DNA of 64,000 nucleotides from an uncultured Candidatus Saccharibacteria bacterium. Its GTDB lineage: Bacteria > Patescibacteriota > Minisyncoccia > Phycocordibacterales > UBA9973. The DNA lies in assembly GCA_964646765.1 (NCBI GenBank), contig CAZYIA010000003.1:130815-194814 (forward strand), read 5' to 3'. Shown piece after piece: positions 45,687-56,700 of the stretch. The number at the start of each line of letters is the position of its first letter. Position 1 is the first letter of the stretch. Both the position numbers and the translations under genes were made by a program. The notes beneath the pieces are model-generated. The model was not told the DNA's origin and did no database searches. It saw nothing but the letters and a program-made list of their open reading frames with translations.

Positions 45687-48041
45687 ATGTTTAAAAAGTA
45701 CCGAGTAGTTACCGGAATCGCTATTTTTCTTTCCCTCTATACGGGGGCGTTATGCGCTTTTGCAACTACCTATGTTGCTCCTGGTACCGTGCTTGATCCC
45801 GCTGGTCTTCCTGGTGGTTACACCGTTGGACCTTTTTTGTCATATGGTGGTGCTGTTACCACAGGGCACGATAACGAGGTTCTCTATATGGATGGCAGTG
45901 GTAACTTAGTTAGTGATTCAAATTTTGTTCGGGACGCTTCAACAGGTGAGACGCTCATAAGCCAAGATCAATCAGGCATAACGGCTGGAGTTGGAATGTC
46001 TCAGACACTTTTTGGAGGCTTACCTGCTGTTAGTTTTATTCGTCAGGATAGTAATGGTTCAGCAGTTGCTGGTTTATTTGATACAACTTCACTTGGAGGT
46101 AGCGCGTATACTTTTTATGTACATACTCAGGACTCAATAGTAAACTCGCAGGCTCAATTGTTTACCCTTCCTCACTCAATTGGTGGAGGAGTGGCAAATG
46201 CTACTGGTGAGCAAGGATCTTTTAATATACAAGATGATAGTGCCGCGTTACGTGTAGATAATCAGAATGGCGGTAATAATGATGTTGTTCAACTCGGTGT
46301 GGATTTAGGTACAGGGTTGGGTACTCAGTATGCATATCTTGAATTCAGAGATGTTGCTAAACGCTACCTCGCAAGATTTGGTTCGAATGGTCTTACCCTC
46401 GATTTTGATAACGGGGCAAGTACCCCAGGATTATTTTATTCTTTTCCAGTTACTGATGGGACTAGCGGTCAAGTACTTGCAACTGATGGCTCTGGTCAAA
46501 TTTCATGGGTATCAACTTCTGCAACGATCCAAGGGTATACTTCCGCAATCCCTGCTCTGCTCAATACGGCATTAGGTGTAAATACAGCAGATGTCGGAGT
46601 TGGGTATTCAAATACTTGGATAGGCGCAGGTGCTGGTAGTTCTATGACGGTAAATAACAGCGCGCCGTATTCTCGAAATACATTTGTTGGCGCATTTGCC
46701 GGAAGTAACATAACTACCGGAACTAGTAACGTACTTGTTGGATATCAGTCTGCTTTTTCTACAACTAATGCAGACTATAACGTTCAGATTGGTACTGATA
46801 CTGAACTTTTTGATGGTGCACAAAATACTGTTTCTATTGGTCAGAGTGTGAAAGCTGGTGGTATTACCAATATTCTTATTGGGTATGCTGCAGGAAGTGG
46901 GGGAATTGATAGTTCAAGTGCTCGCAATATTGGTATGGGGTATTCAGCTTTGTCTGCGCTTACCACTGGAAGTGATAACGTTGCTTTAGGTACTGATGCA
47001 GGTGTTGGTGTAACCACAGGTAGCGACAATATTCTCATTGGTAAAAATGCCACCGCAACGGGAGACGGTTCAATTGTTATCGGAAACAATCTCTCAGCTC
47101 CTACAGATAAATTAGTCCTCATTGGTGGTTTATTTGAAGGAGGATATGATCCTGCTGGTTTAAATGGAGTGTATGCGTTCCTTGGAGATCGCTATAATGC
47201 AGGACATGGCACCGTGCTATCGGTTGACGATAAAAACCAAAAGATTAGATTTTACTTTGGCGCTAATAGCTACACATTTCCTTCAGCGGACGGCACTATG
47301 AACTATCTTCTTGCAACTGATGGTTCGGGAAATCTCTTTTGGCAGGATCCAACACTTGTTCCATCAGATCGTACGCTCAAAACAGATGTTGAATCACTTC
47401 AGTATGGTCTCTCAACTATCATGAATCTTAACCCAGTTTCGTATACACTGACTGCAAATAATAAACGCCAAATTGGTTTTATTGCACAGGATGTTGAACC
47501 AATCGTTCCCGAACTTGTCGGTGAGGTTGCTGATGGTAAGAAAGGTTTGGCATACGGACAGCTTACTGCGGTTATTGTGAAGGCAATTCAAGAACTTAAT
47601 ATGAAGGTAGAAAATATTCAGCCGCTTTCAAGTGAACCATCCTCACTTATTGATCAGTTTACTTCCGCTATTCTTCACATTCGTGGTTTAGTTGTTGGGT
47701 CATCAGAGTATCGAACGGGTATTACTCTTTACGATGAAGTAACTGGAGAACCATACTGTCTTTCTGTCGCGGATGGGCAGCCAAAAAGTGTTGCCGGAGA
47801 ATGTGGATCAGGAGTTTCTTCTTCAGGATCTACTTCTAATTCGACAAATAGTGATACTAGCATAGATGATCAAGGCGTATCAGGAAGTACACCTGCTGAT
47901 GACGCTACGACCTCTTCAGATACTTCTTTAGACAGTACAACTACTGTTGTAGATGCTTCAAATAGTTCCTCAAATGGGTCAACAAGTGAGGATAGTACCA
48001 CCCAAGGAGAAACAGCAGATAGTTCTACGGGAACTGAATAA
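45687..48041 (+). CDS. Secreted tail-fibre/trimeric-adhesin-like protein with S74-like chaperone domain
   Basis: Signal peptide; N...G..A repeats; SDRTLKTDV...PVSY...IGFIAQDVE.IVPELV; S/T/D-rich tail. Confidence 0.8.
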   Translation: MFKKYRVVTGIAIFLSLYTGALCAFATTYVAPGTVLDPAGLPGGYTVGPFLSYGGAVTTGHDNEVLYMDGSGNLVSDSNFVRDASTGETLISQDQSGITAGVGMSQTLFGGLPAVSFIRQDSNGSAVAGLFDTTSLGGSAYTFYVHTQDSIVNSQAQLFTLPHSIGGGVANATGEQGSFNIQDDSAALRVDNQNGGNNDVVQLGVDLGTGLGTQYAYLEFRDVAKRYLARFGSNGLTLDFDNGASTPGLFYSFPVTDGTSGQVLATDGSGQISWVSTSATIQGYTSAIPALLNTALGVNTADVGVGYSNTWIGAGAGSSMTVNNSAPYSRNTFVGAFAGSNITTGTSNVLVGYQSAFSTTNADYNVQIGTDTELFDGAQNTVSIGQSVKAGGITNILIGYAAGSGGIDSSSARNIGMGYSALSALTTGSDNVALGTDAGVGVTTGSDNILIGKNATATGDGSIVIGNNLSAPTDKLVLIGGLFEGGYDPAGLNGVYAFLGDRYNAGHGTVLSVDDKNQKIRFYFGANSYTFPSADGTMNYLLATDGSGNLFWQDPTLVPSDRTLKTDVESLQYGLSTIMNLNPVSYTLTANNKRQIGFIAQDVEPIVPELVGEVADGKKGLAYGQLTAVIVKAIQELNMKVENIQPLSSEPSSLIDQFTSAILHIRGLVVGSSEYRTGITLYDEVTGEPYCLSVADGQPKSVAGECGSGVSSSGSTSNSTNSDTSIDDQGVSGSTPADDATTSSDTSLDSTTTVVDASNSSSNGSTSEDSTTQGETADSSTGTE

Positions 48042-48058
48042 AAAACCTTATTTTATAA

Positions 48059-48090
48059 GCTTAAAAACGCCCTTAAGGGCGTTTTTAAGC
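48059..48090 (+). terminator. Intrinsic terminator (perfect 32-bp palindrome)
   Basis: GCTTAAAAACGCCC-TTAA-GGGCGTTTTTAAGC. Confidence 0.8.
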
Positions 48091-48175
48091 ACTAGGAAAC
48101 TAACAAAAAATATGCTAAACTTTTGGAAGTTTAAGGCTTATTCCTTAAGCCTTTATTTTTATAGAATCTATCAAC

Positions 48176-50245
48176 ATGGCAGCCAAAAACGACGAAAAAA
48201 AGGGAAAGTATGGTGCGGAGCAAATTCAAGTTCTTGAAGGGCTTGAACCAGTTCGCAAGCGCCCCGGTATGTACATCGGCTCAACGGGGCCAGATGGTTT
48301 GCACCACCTCATTTGGGAAATCTTCGATAACTCTCGCGATGAAGCGATGGCTGGCCATGCTAACCGCATCGAAGTAACACTGCTTCCAGGTAGCCGCATT
48401 CGTGTTGTAGATAATGGTCGCGGTATTCCAACTGACATTCATCCAAAAACAAAAATTTCTGCTCTCGAGATGGTTATGACCACGCTTCACGCCGGTGGTA
48501 AATTCGGCGGTGATGATTCTGGCTATAAAGTTTCCGGAGGTCTTCACGGTGTGGGTGCGTCAGTGGTAAACGCACTTTCTATTTACACACAAGCAATTGT
48601 GCACCGCGATGGTGGAAAGTTCGTTCAGGAATACTCACAAGGAAAGAAAAAAGCGAACGTAAAGAAAATTGGTTCTTCGAAAGAGCACGGTACTATCACT
48701 ACATTTGAACCTGATCCAGAAATTTTTAAAGAGGGGACTAAGTTTTCTTGGAACACGGTGGTAAATCATTTGCGCCAGCAGGCCTACCTCGTGAAAGGAC
48801 TTCGGATCACCATGATTGATGCGCGCGAAATCGACGCTGACACGCTCTTCAACAAAAAATTCTCTCTCGATGATACGTACTGGTTCGCCGATCTTGGCCT
48901 TGAAGTTCCATCGTACTCATTTTATTTTGAAGGAGGACTTGCTTCTCTCATTCGTTTTTATAACCGTTCTCAAAAACCGGTTCAAGATTCTATTTTCTAC
49001 GTTGAGAAAGAGCAGGATGGCGTGATGGTTGAAATTGCTCTTCAGTATGTTGATGATATCGACACAAAAATAGTGCCGTTTGCGAACAACATCTATAACC
49101 CTGAAGGCGGTACACACGTAACTGGTTTTAAAACTGCGCTTACACGTTTGCTTAATAACTACGGCAAGAAAAATAACTACATCAAAGAATCTGATGGCGG
49201 ATTTACTGGAGATGATGTGCTTGAAGGTCTCACTGCGGTAATTTCCGTAAAACTTCCTGAAATTCAGTTCGAAGGTCAAACTAAAGCGAAACTTGGTTCG
49301 ATGGAAGCTCAAGGTGCAACTGCAACTGTGTTCGGTGACGCTTTCGCAAACTTCCTTGAAGAAAATCCAGAAGACGCTAAAGCAATCGTAAACAAAGCTA
49401 TTCTTGCAGTCCGCGCCCGCAAAGCTGCGAAGGCTGCCAAAGATTCAATTCTTCGTAAAGGAGCGCTTGAAGGTATGACGCTCCCTGGAAAACTAGCCGA
49501 CTGCCAAACAAAAAGTGCCGAAGAAGGTGAACTCTTCATTGTGGAGGGAGATTCTGCAGGTGGTACAGCTAAAACTGGCCGCGATCGCCGCACCCAAGCA
49601 ATTTTGCCGCTTCGAGGAAAAATTTTGAACATTGAGCGTGCTCGTCTCGATCGTATGCTTGCTTCAGAGCAGATCAAAAACTTGGTTATTGCTCTTGGTA
49701 CGGCAATCGGCGATGTGTTTGATATTTCGAAACTTCGCTACCATAAAATTATTATTGCTACAGATGCCGACGTTGACGGTGCTCACATTCGCACACTTAT
49801 TCTGACACTCTTATATCGTTATTTCCGCCCACTCATTGATGGAGGATTTATCTACATTGCTCAGCCACCACTCTATAAAATTAAGAAAGGTAAAGAAATT
49901 TTCTACGCTTATACTGACGAAGAAAAATTTGGCATAACCGGTAACGAGGCGCCAGACATGATTGAAGAAACAGACGAAAGTGCCCAAGAAGGGGAAGAAG
50001 CTAGCGAAGAAGTAAAAGCAAAAGTAGCGAAAATCCATATTCAGCGTTACAAAGGTTTGGGTGAAATGAATGCTGAAGAACTCTGGGAAACTACTATGGA
50101 TCCTGCTCGCCGCGTGATTAAGCGCGTTACTATTGAAGATGCTGCTATGGCGGATAAAATCTTCGACATGCTCATGGGAAGCGACGTTGCTCCTCGCAAA
50201 TCATTCATTCAAACTCACGCCAAAATGGCCGAGATTGATGTCTAG
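48176..50245 (+). CDS. gyrB: DNA gyrase subunit B
   Basis: GLEPVRKRPGMYIG, DNGRGIP, LHAGGKF, VEGDSAGG, PLRGKILN, TDADVDG, QRYKGLGEMN. Confidence 0.95.
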   Translation: MAAKNDEKKGKYGAEQIQVLEGLEPVRKRPGMYIGSTGPDGLHHLIWEIFDNSRDEAMAGHANRIEVTLLPGSRIRVVDNGRGIPTDIHPKTKISALEMVMTTLHAGGKFGGDDSGYKVSGGLHGVGASVVNALSIYTQAIVHRDGGKFVQEYSQGKKKANVKKIGSSKEHGTITTFEPDPEIFKEGTKFSWNTVVNHLRQQAYLVKGLRITMIDAREIDADTLFNKKFSLDDTYWFADLGLEVPSYSFYFEGGLASLIRFYNRSQKPVQDSIFYVEKEQDGVMVEIALQYVDDIDTKIVPFANNIYNPEGGTHVTGFKTALTRLLNNYGKKNNYIKESDGGFTGDDVLEGLTAVISVKLPEIQFEGQTKAKLGSMEAQGATATVFGDAFANFLEENPEDAKAIVNKAILAVRARKAAKAAKDSILRKGALEGMTLPGKLADCQTKSAEEGELFIVEGDSAGGTAKTGRDRRTQAILPLRGKILNIERARLDRMLASEQIKNLVIALGTAIGDVFDISKLRYHKIIIATDADVDGAHIRTLILTLLYRYFRPLIDGGFIYIAQPPLYKIKKGKEIFYAYTDEEKFGITGNEAPDMIEETDESAQEGEEASEEVKAKVAKIHIQRYKGLGEMNAEELWETTMDPARRVIKRVTIEDAAMADKIFDMLMGSDVAPRKSFIQTHAKMAEIDV

Positions 50246-50261
50246 TCTTTAAAAAGACGCT

Positions 50262-50843
50262 ATGGAAATTAAAAAGCCAAAAGATCTTCAGCCAATACCT
50301 GAGAACGCACAATGTGTTTTCAAAGGAAAGATCTTTGATGTCTATCAATGGGAGCAAGAACTCTACGATGGTACTAAAGCTACGTTTGAGAAGTTAAAAC
50401 GGCCTGATACCGTTGTTGTCTGGCCGGTGCTTCCAAACGGCAATATTCTTTTAACTAAGCAATCGCAGCCAAGCCGAGAAGATTTTATAGATGTACCAAG
50501 TGGCCGAGTAGATGAAGGTGAAGATGTTTTAGAAGCTGCTAAACGTGAACTCTTGGAAGAAACTGGGTATGCATCGGAGAATATGGTTTTCTGGCGCGCA
50601 TTTCAGCCTACGGCAAAAATAGAATGGTTTGTATATCTTTTCATTGCCAAAGACTGCAAAAAAGTAAAAGAGCAAAACCCAGATGTCGGAGAAAAGATAG
50701 AAACCTTCGAAGCTTCTTTCGATGAAATTTTAGAAATTTCACAACAACCTAACTTCAGGGGAACAGAATCCTCTCGAGATTTTCTTGAAGCAAAATATAA
50801 CCCAAAGAAATATCAGGAATTTAAGGATTTGTTTTTGAAATAA
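50262..50843 (+). CDS. NUDIX hydrolase (ADP-ribose pyrophosphatase-like)
   Basis: PSGRVDEGEDVLEAAKRELLEETGY Nudix box. Confidence 0.88.
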   Translation: MEIKKPKDLQPIPENAQCVFKGKIFDVYQWEQELYDGTKATFEKLKRPDTVVVWPVLPNGNILLTKQSQPSREDFIDVPSGRVDEGEDVLEAAKRELLEETGYASENMVFWRAFQPTAKIEWFVYLFIAKDCKKVKEQNPDVGEKIETFEASFDEILEISQQPNFRGTESSRDFLEAKYNPKKYQEFKDLFLK

Positions 50844-50847
50844 ATAG

Positions 50848-51408
50848 ATGAAACCAAAACTCGCTATCGTAACTGGCAATCCGCTTAAATTCCGTGAACT
50901 TTCAATTGCCCTCAATGACTTTTTTGAATGTGAGCAAAAGAAACTTTCTGATTACTATGAAATTCAGGGAACACCGGAGGAGATTTTAAAGCATAAGCTC
51001 GAAGCAGCGTACAAAGAGTTTCAAGAACCGGTGCTTGCCGATGATACTTCGGTTCACTTTGACGCGCTTAATGGATTCCCCGGGCCATACATCCGTGACT
51101 TTCTCGCTCACATGAAACCCTGGGAAATGGGAGAAAAGTTCGCCGGTACTCGCATAGAGGTTGCCTGCCGGCTGGGTCTTTGTTTTGCACCGGATGACTT
51201 TGTTTTGGGAACCGGGATTATTTCTGGGAACGTAATCCTCCCAAAAACCAAAGACGATAGGGGAACCGAATTTGATCTCTTTGTTCAAATTGACGGTACC
51301 GATCGTCCGATGATTGATTTTTCACCGGAAGAGAAAAATAAGTTCTCTCATCGTGGGTTAGCACTTAAGGATTTACTTCAAAAAGTTTCTGCTCGATCGC
51401 ACTCCTAA
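50848..51408 (+). CDS. rdgB: Non-canonical purine NTP pyrophosphatase (Ham1/ITPase family)
   Basis: TGN..K..E, EIQG, DDTS....ALNGFPGPY, EKNKFSHRG.A. Confidence 0.85.
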   Translation: MKPKLAIVTGNPLKFRELSIALNDFFECEQKKLSDYYEIQGTPEEILKHKLEAAYKEFQEPVLADDTSVHFDALNGFPGPYIRDFLAHMKPWEMGEKFAGTRIEVACRLGLCFAPDDFVLGTGIISGNVILPKTKDDRGTEFDLFVQIDGTDRPMIDFSPEEKNKFSHRGLALKDLLQKVSARSHS

Positions 51409-52003
51409 GTTCGTCTACCGTATGCACGAGGGCAATAGATTTTCCTTGCTCCAAGTGCTCGTTTAAATGAAAGCCCCACGAAACCGCGATGGCCGGCATC
51501 TCTACATGCTCAGCTTCTTTTAAGTCTCCCAAGGTATCGGTTACAAAAAGTGCAAGAGGTAAGGACACCTCATATTTTTCGGAGAGCATTTTGAATTTCT
51601 TGATCTTTGATCGTTCAACATCAGAACCAAGAATATCGTCAAAAAAATCTCGCATGCCATGAGTCGTAAGAAAGTGCTCAATATTACTTGTTCGTGTTGA
51701 AGAAACGATTGCCTGGATAATACCGCTTTTAGAAAGTGATGAAAGGAGTTCTTTCATGTTAGGTAAAGGTTCAAGGTTTTTCATCTCCGCTAGGTACCGA
51801 TCCATGAATGCCTCGTCGCTTCCGTTCGTTTTTAAAATAGATTCTTTAACGGTTGGGTGATCATATACATTACCCATAAATAAGGAACGGTATTCTTCAT
51901 GAGTTCGTGCAGGAGCCGGTTCTCCTAGGTTTACTTTAAAACCAACTTCAAAAGAATCGACGATAACACCGTCAAAGTCCCAGATAAGAAGTTTTTTCTG
52001 CAT
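51365..52003 (-). CDS. HAD-superfamily phosphatase
   Basis: WDFDGVIVDS motif I, IVSS, K, FVTDTLGD, VSWGF. Confidence 0.88.
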   Translation of the reverse strand: MQKKLLIWDFDGVIVDSFEVGFKVNLGEPAPARTHEEYRSLFMGNVYDHPTVKESILKTNGSDEAFMDRYLAEMKNLEPLPNMKELLSSLSKSGIIQAIVSSTRTSNIEHFLTTHGMRDFFDDILGSDVERSKIKKFKMLSEKYEVSLPLALFVTDTLGDLKEAEHVEMPAIAVSWGFHLNEHLEQGKSIALVHTVDELRSAIEQKLFEVNP

Positions 52004-52005
52004 AG

Positions 52006-53745
52006 TTAGTTGAGCGTCTTTTCTTTGATTTCTTTCAAGAGACGGTCAGTGAACGTATCGAGCGTGATACCTTCAATTTTTTCAGTACGGGCTTCTATGG
52101 TAAGAAGACCAGAGTCTTTTTCTTTGTCACCGATAACGATAACGTACGGAGTCTTTTTTGTTTTTGCCTCACGGATGCGCTTGCCCAAGCTGTCGCTACC
52201 AGCATCAAGCACGACGCGAACATCTTTTTCTTTCAGCGCTGCGTACACTTTTTCTGCGTATTCAAGTTGTTTTTCTGACACTGGAACAATTGCCACTTGC
52301 GTAGGTGAGAGCCAAACAGGGAAGTTAGCAGCCAAGTGCTCGATCAAGTTAGACATAAAGCGCTCAATAGAACCCATGATTGCGGCGTGAATCATCACGA
52401 TTTGCTCGCGTTCACCTTTTTCGTTTACGCATACCAAGCCAAAGTTTTTTGGCTGGTTGAAGTCAATCTGGATTGTTGCCACCTGCCATTCGCGGCCGAT
52501 AGAATCCTTTGTCATGAAGTCGATCTTTGGGCCATAAAATGCTGCTTCGCCAACGCCGTCAATCCAGGTAACGCCTTTGGTTTCCATCAACTTTTTGAGA
52601 GCTCCTTCAGCCTTTGCCCAGACTTCATCGCCACCTAAATACTTATCAGGAGTTGCTGGGTCGTGGCGAGAAAAACGAATCTGGAGTTTGAAACCGAAAG
52701 TACTATAAAAGGTTTCGATGATGTCCCAAATTTTGAGGGCTTCTTCTTCAATTTGATTCTCACGACAGAAAACGTGCGCATCGTCTTGGGTGATAGAGAT
52801 AACGCGAGAAAGACCAGAAAGCTCACCTGACTGTTCATCGCGATACACCATTGTGGTTTCAGCGTAACGCTGTGGCATATCTCGGTAGCTACGAAGTTCA
52901 GAATCAAAAATTTGGGTGTGATGCGGACAGTTCATCGGCTTCATTGCAAAAAGATGATCTTCGCGCGTGTGAATCTTAAAAAGATCGTCGGCATACTTTG
53001 CCCAATGGCCAGAAGTTTCGTAGAGCTCTTTTTTAGTGATGTGCGGGATGGTTACTTTCTGGTATCCGCGAGCTTTGCGAAGTTCCCAGACATAGTCGTT
53101 TAAGAGTTCGCGAATCAAAGTTCCTTTTGGTGTCCACAATGGAAGACCTGGACCAACAAGGTCAGAGAATACGAACAAGCCGAGTTCTTTGCCAAGCTTA
53201 CGGTGATCGCGCTTCTTTGCTTCTTCTTGCTGGGTGATATATGCATCAAGATCAGCCTTAGTGTTGAATGCTAAACCGTAAATACGGGTGAGCATTTTGT
53301 TTTTTTCATCGCCACGCCAGTATGCTCCAGCTACGCGTTCAAGTTTAAATGAGTCTGAAGCGATGTCTTTCGCGGGATTTTCAACGTGGCCACCACGACA
53401 GAGATCAGTGAAATTTCCTGAGGTGTAAAAGGTGAGCCCATCATTTTTATATTGCTCGATGATTTCAGTTTTGTACTCGTTACCTTTATATGCTGCGAGT
53501 GCTTCATCTGCCGTTACTTCTTTTCGAGAAAATGAATTCCAAGAGGGTAGAAGTTCGCGCATCTTAGCTTCGATCTTCGGTAAATCTGCATCGGTGATTT
53601 TACCGGAGACATCAACGTCATAGTAAAAGCCGTTATCAACTGCTGGACCGAGCGTAAGTTTCGATCCAGGGTAGAGTCCGAGTATTGAAGCGCCCAAAAG
53701 GTGGGCAAGAGTATGCCGTTTTTCGGCGAGGTTTTCTGAAGCCAT
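52006..53745 (-). CDS. thrS: Threonine--tRNA ligase (no N-terminal TGS domain)
   Basis: RHTLAH, DLCRGGH, GAYWRGD, RDHRKLG, KPMNCP.H, GEAAFYGPKID, GSIERF. Confidence 0.96.
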   Translation of the reverse strand: MASENLAEKRHTLAHLLGASILGLYPGSKLTLGPAVDNGFYYDVDVSGKITDADLPKIEAKMRELLPSWNSFSRKEVTADEALAAYKGNEYKTEIIEQYKNDGLTFYTSGNFTDLCRGGHVENPAKDIASDSFKLERVAGAYWRGDEKNKMLTRIYGLAFNTKADLDAYITQQEEAKKRDHRKLGKELGLFVFSDLVGPGLPLWTPKGTLIRELLNDYVWELRKARGYQKVTIPHITKKELYETSGHWAKYADDLFKIHTREDHLFAMKPMNCPHHTQIFDSELRSYRDMPQRYAETTMVYRDEQSGELSGLSRVISITQDDAHVFCRENQIEEEALKIWDIIETFYSTFGFKLQIRFSRHDPATPDKYLGGDEVWAKAEGALKKLMETKGVTWIDGVGEAAFYGPKIDFMTKDSIGREWQVATIQIDFNQPKNFGLVCVNEKGEREQIVMIHAAIMGSIERFMSNLIEHLAANFPVWLSPTQVAIVPVSEKQLEYAEKVYAALKEKDVRVVLDAGSDSLGKRIREAKTKKTPYVIVIGDKEKDSGLLTIEARTEKIEGITLDTFTDRLLKEIKEKTLN

Positions 53746-53777
53746 ATTTGGCTACTTTAGCACAGGAAGCCTTATTG

Positions 53778-56700
53778 TTAAAGCACTTTTACTGCTTCAA
53801 TGAGTACGCTCTTTTCGTCGTTTCGATCAGAAACGGAGCCTTTAATGGCGATGATCCGATCAACGGTAATGCTCTCACCAAATTTAGTAAAAGCTTTCGG
53901 AAAGATTACGCATTCAATCGTACTGGTAAAGTCTGCCACTCGAAGAAACGCCATTCGTTCGTTATTTTTCGTGATGATTGGTTTCACTTCTTCGATGATG
54001 CCGGCAAACGTAACCGGTGCGCCTTTTTCGCATTCAGCTTTTAGTTTAGTGATGTTCATGCCGTTGGCTTCAATTTTGTCGCGTAAACGGTCGAGCGGGT
54101 GGCCGGAAATATATAAACCGAGAAGTTCTTTTTCCCAAGCAAGCATTTCTTGTTTTGAAGCAGCCGGCGCTTCGCGAAGACTGAAGCTTGCACTAAAGAT
54201 TTCAGGAAGATCGCCAAAAAGTGATGTTTGGTTTTGTTCTGCACCGCTTTCTTTATTGAAGGTAAGCATGTCCTCCATATTTGCTAGTAGCGCTCCGCGA
54301 TCGCCAAACATATCCATCGCGCCACATTTAATGAGAGCTTCGAGCGATTTCTTGTTTAGATTTTTATGCTTGATGCGTTCAAGAAAATTACTAATCGAAG
54401 AAAACAAGCCATTTGTTTTTCGTTCAAAAATGATGGCATCAGAAATATCGGTTCCCAAATTTTTAACTGTGTAGAGACCGAAACGGATAACGCCATTTCG
54501 TTGCTCACTTGGTTTGTTTTCGATTACGGTGAATCCGCCAAAACTTTCGTTCACTGACGGCGGCAACACTTCAATTTTCATCTTGCCACACTCATGGATG
54601 ATTTCAGCAATTTTTTCCGTGTCGCCACTTTCAGCGGTGAGAATGGCACTCATGTACTCAACAGGGAAGTTCGCTTTCATGTATGCCGTTTGGTACGCCA
54701 CCATGCCGTAACTTGCCGCATGAGCTTTGTTAAATCCATACGCCGCAAATGGTTCGATGAGTGCCCAGAGTTCTTCCACTTTTTTATCGGTCATACCGTT
54801 TGCAGCCAAACCCTTCAGTAATTTTTCTTTTTGCGCAGCCATTTCTTCTGGGATTTTCTTTCCCATCGCTTTTCGCAGCATATCGGCTTCAAGCCATGAG
54901 TAGCCGCCAAGTTTGATAGCGATCATCATAACGTCGTCTTGGTAAACGATCACCCCATATGACTGATCCAAAATGTCCTTCATGCGTGGATCAAGGAACC
55001 GAACCGAGCGAGGATTATGTTTGCGCTTGATATAGTCAGGAATTGATTCCATCGGGCCTGGGCGGTAGAGGGCAACCATTGCGTTAATATCGTGAATCGA
55101 CGTTGGTTTGAGCTGTTTCAAGTATGCCGTCATACCTGAACCGTTTAATTGGAATAAGCCTTCAGTTTCGCCGCGAGCTAACATCTCAAATGTTTTTGGA
55201 TCATCGAGTGGAATTTTTAGGAGATCAACTTCGATGCCGTGTAATTCGCGCACTAAGCGAACCGCGTCAGCCAAAATGGCTAAGTTTCTGATTCCAAGAA
55301 AGTCGAACTTCGGCAGTCCCACATCTTCAACGGCGTGCATGTCGTACTGGGTAATAATTGCTTCGCCTTTTGGATCGCGCTGAATTGGCGTGAAATCAGT
55401 GAGTGGGCGGGGAGCAATAACGACACCGGCAGCATGTACTGAAACGTGGCGTACGCAACCTTCCATTTTTTTAGCCAAGTCGATAATTTGTTTTGTATCT
55501 TTCTCAGTCTCGTACGCTTTTTTAAGCTCCGGCACCATTTCCATAGCGCGGTCAATAGTCATTGGGAAGCCCTGACTACCCATCGGAATCATTTTTGAAA
55601 GTCGATCGCCAATGGCATACGGAAAACCAAGAGCTCGAGCAACGTCGCGAACAGAACCACGTGCCATCATGGTTCCAAATGTACCGATTTGAGCCACATG
55701 ATCTTCGCCATACTTTTGCTTGGCATAAGCAATCATTTCTTCACGTCGATTATCGGCGTAGTCCATATCAATATCAGGAAGTGATGGACGTTCTGGGTTT
55801 AAGAAACGTTCAAAAGGAAGTTTATAGACAAGCGGATCAACGTTGGTGATACCCAAAAGGTACGTGGTGAGTGAGCCTGCAACCGATCCTCGAATATTTG
55901 TGAGAATGCCATTTTCACGAGCGAAACGGAGAAGATCGCCCACAACTAAGAAGTAGGTTGGGTAACCTTTTTGTTTAATCACACTGAGTTCGTATTCGAG
56001 GCGGTCAAGGTATTCTTTTGTTTGCTCGAGATTTCTAAATTTGAAACCGTTATAGGCGAGTGTACGAAGTTCTTCGTCAGCGCTTTTACCACTCTCAATT
56101 TTGTATTCAGGGAAGTATGCTTTGCCAAGTTCAATCTCGTAGGGTTCGCATAGATCAACTACGAGCTGTGTGTTGCCGACAGCTTCAGGAACATCTTTAA
56201 AATATTCGAGGGCGGTTTTTTCGTTAATCAACGAGAAATCATCTTTTGAAAATTCCAAACCTTCTTTTCCGTCGCCTTGGGTGTTAATCGCGAGCAGGGT
56301 GTGGTGTGCGTCGTGGTCGTCTTTGCATGGATAGTGCGAGTCCTGCGTTGCAACAACTGGAACAGAAAGTTTTTTTCCAAGAGCAACTAATTTATCGCGA
56401 AGCTCTTTGTCTCGCGGAACCGTTTCATGCGATTGAATTTCAAGAAAGTAATTTTCTTTGCCAAAAATATTTTGGTACTCCGCAACTAGTTTTTCAGCAC
56501 CGGCATCATTTCCAGCAAGAATAGTTTGTGAAAGTTCGCCACCCATACAGCCTGAAAGACAGATAATTCCTTCGTGGAATTCTCGCAAGAGTTCTTTATC
56601 CATGCGCGGTTTATAGTAGTAGCCTTCCAGGTTTGCAATTGAAACCAAACGCATTAAATTTTTGTAACCAGTCAGATTTTTGGCGAGCAGCGTTAGGTGA

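Noticed and set aside
43643-48041. Prophage
   Set aside because: The fibre-like genes carry signal peptides, and no integrase, terminase, capsid or lysis genes are present.
51365-51408. 44-nt convergent overlap of rdgB and the HAD gene as antisense regulation
   Set aside because: Short 3' overlaps are common in compact genomes, and there is no further evidence.
53800-54474. 224-aa antisense ORF in dnaE, and similar ones at 42159-42737, 61456-62031 and 767-1291
   Set aside because: Shadow ORFs opposite well-supported genes, expected from codon bias.
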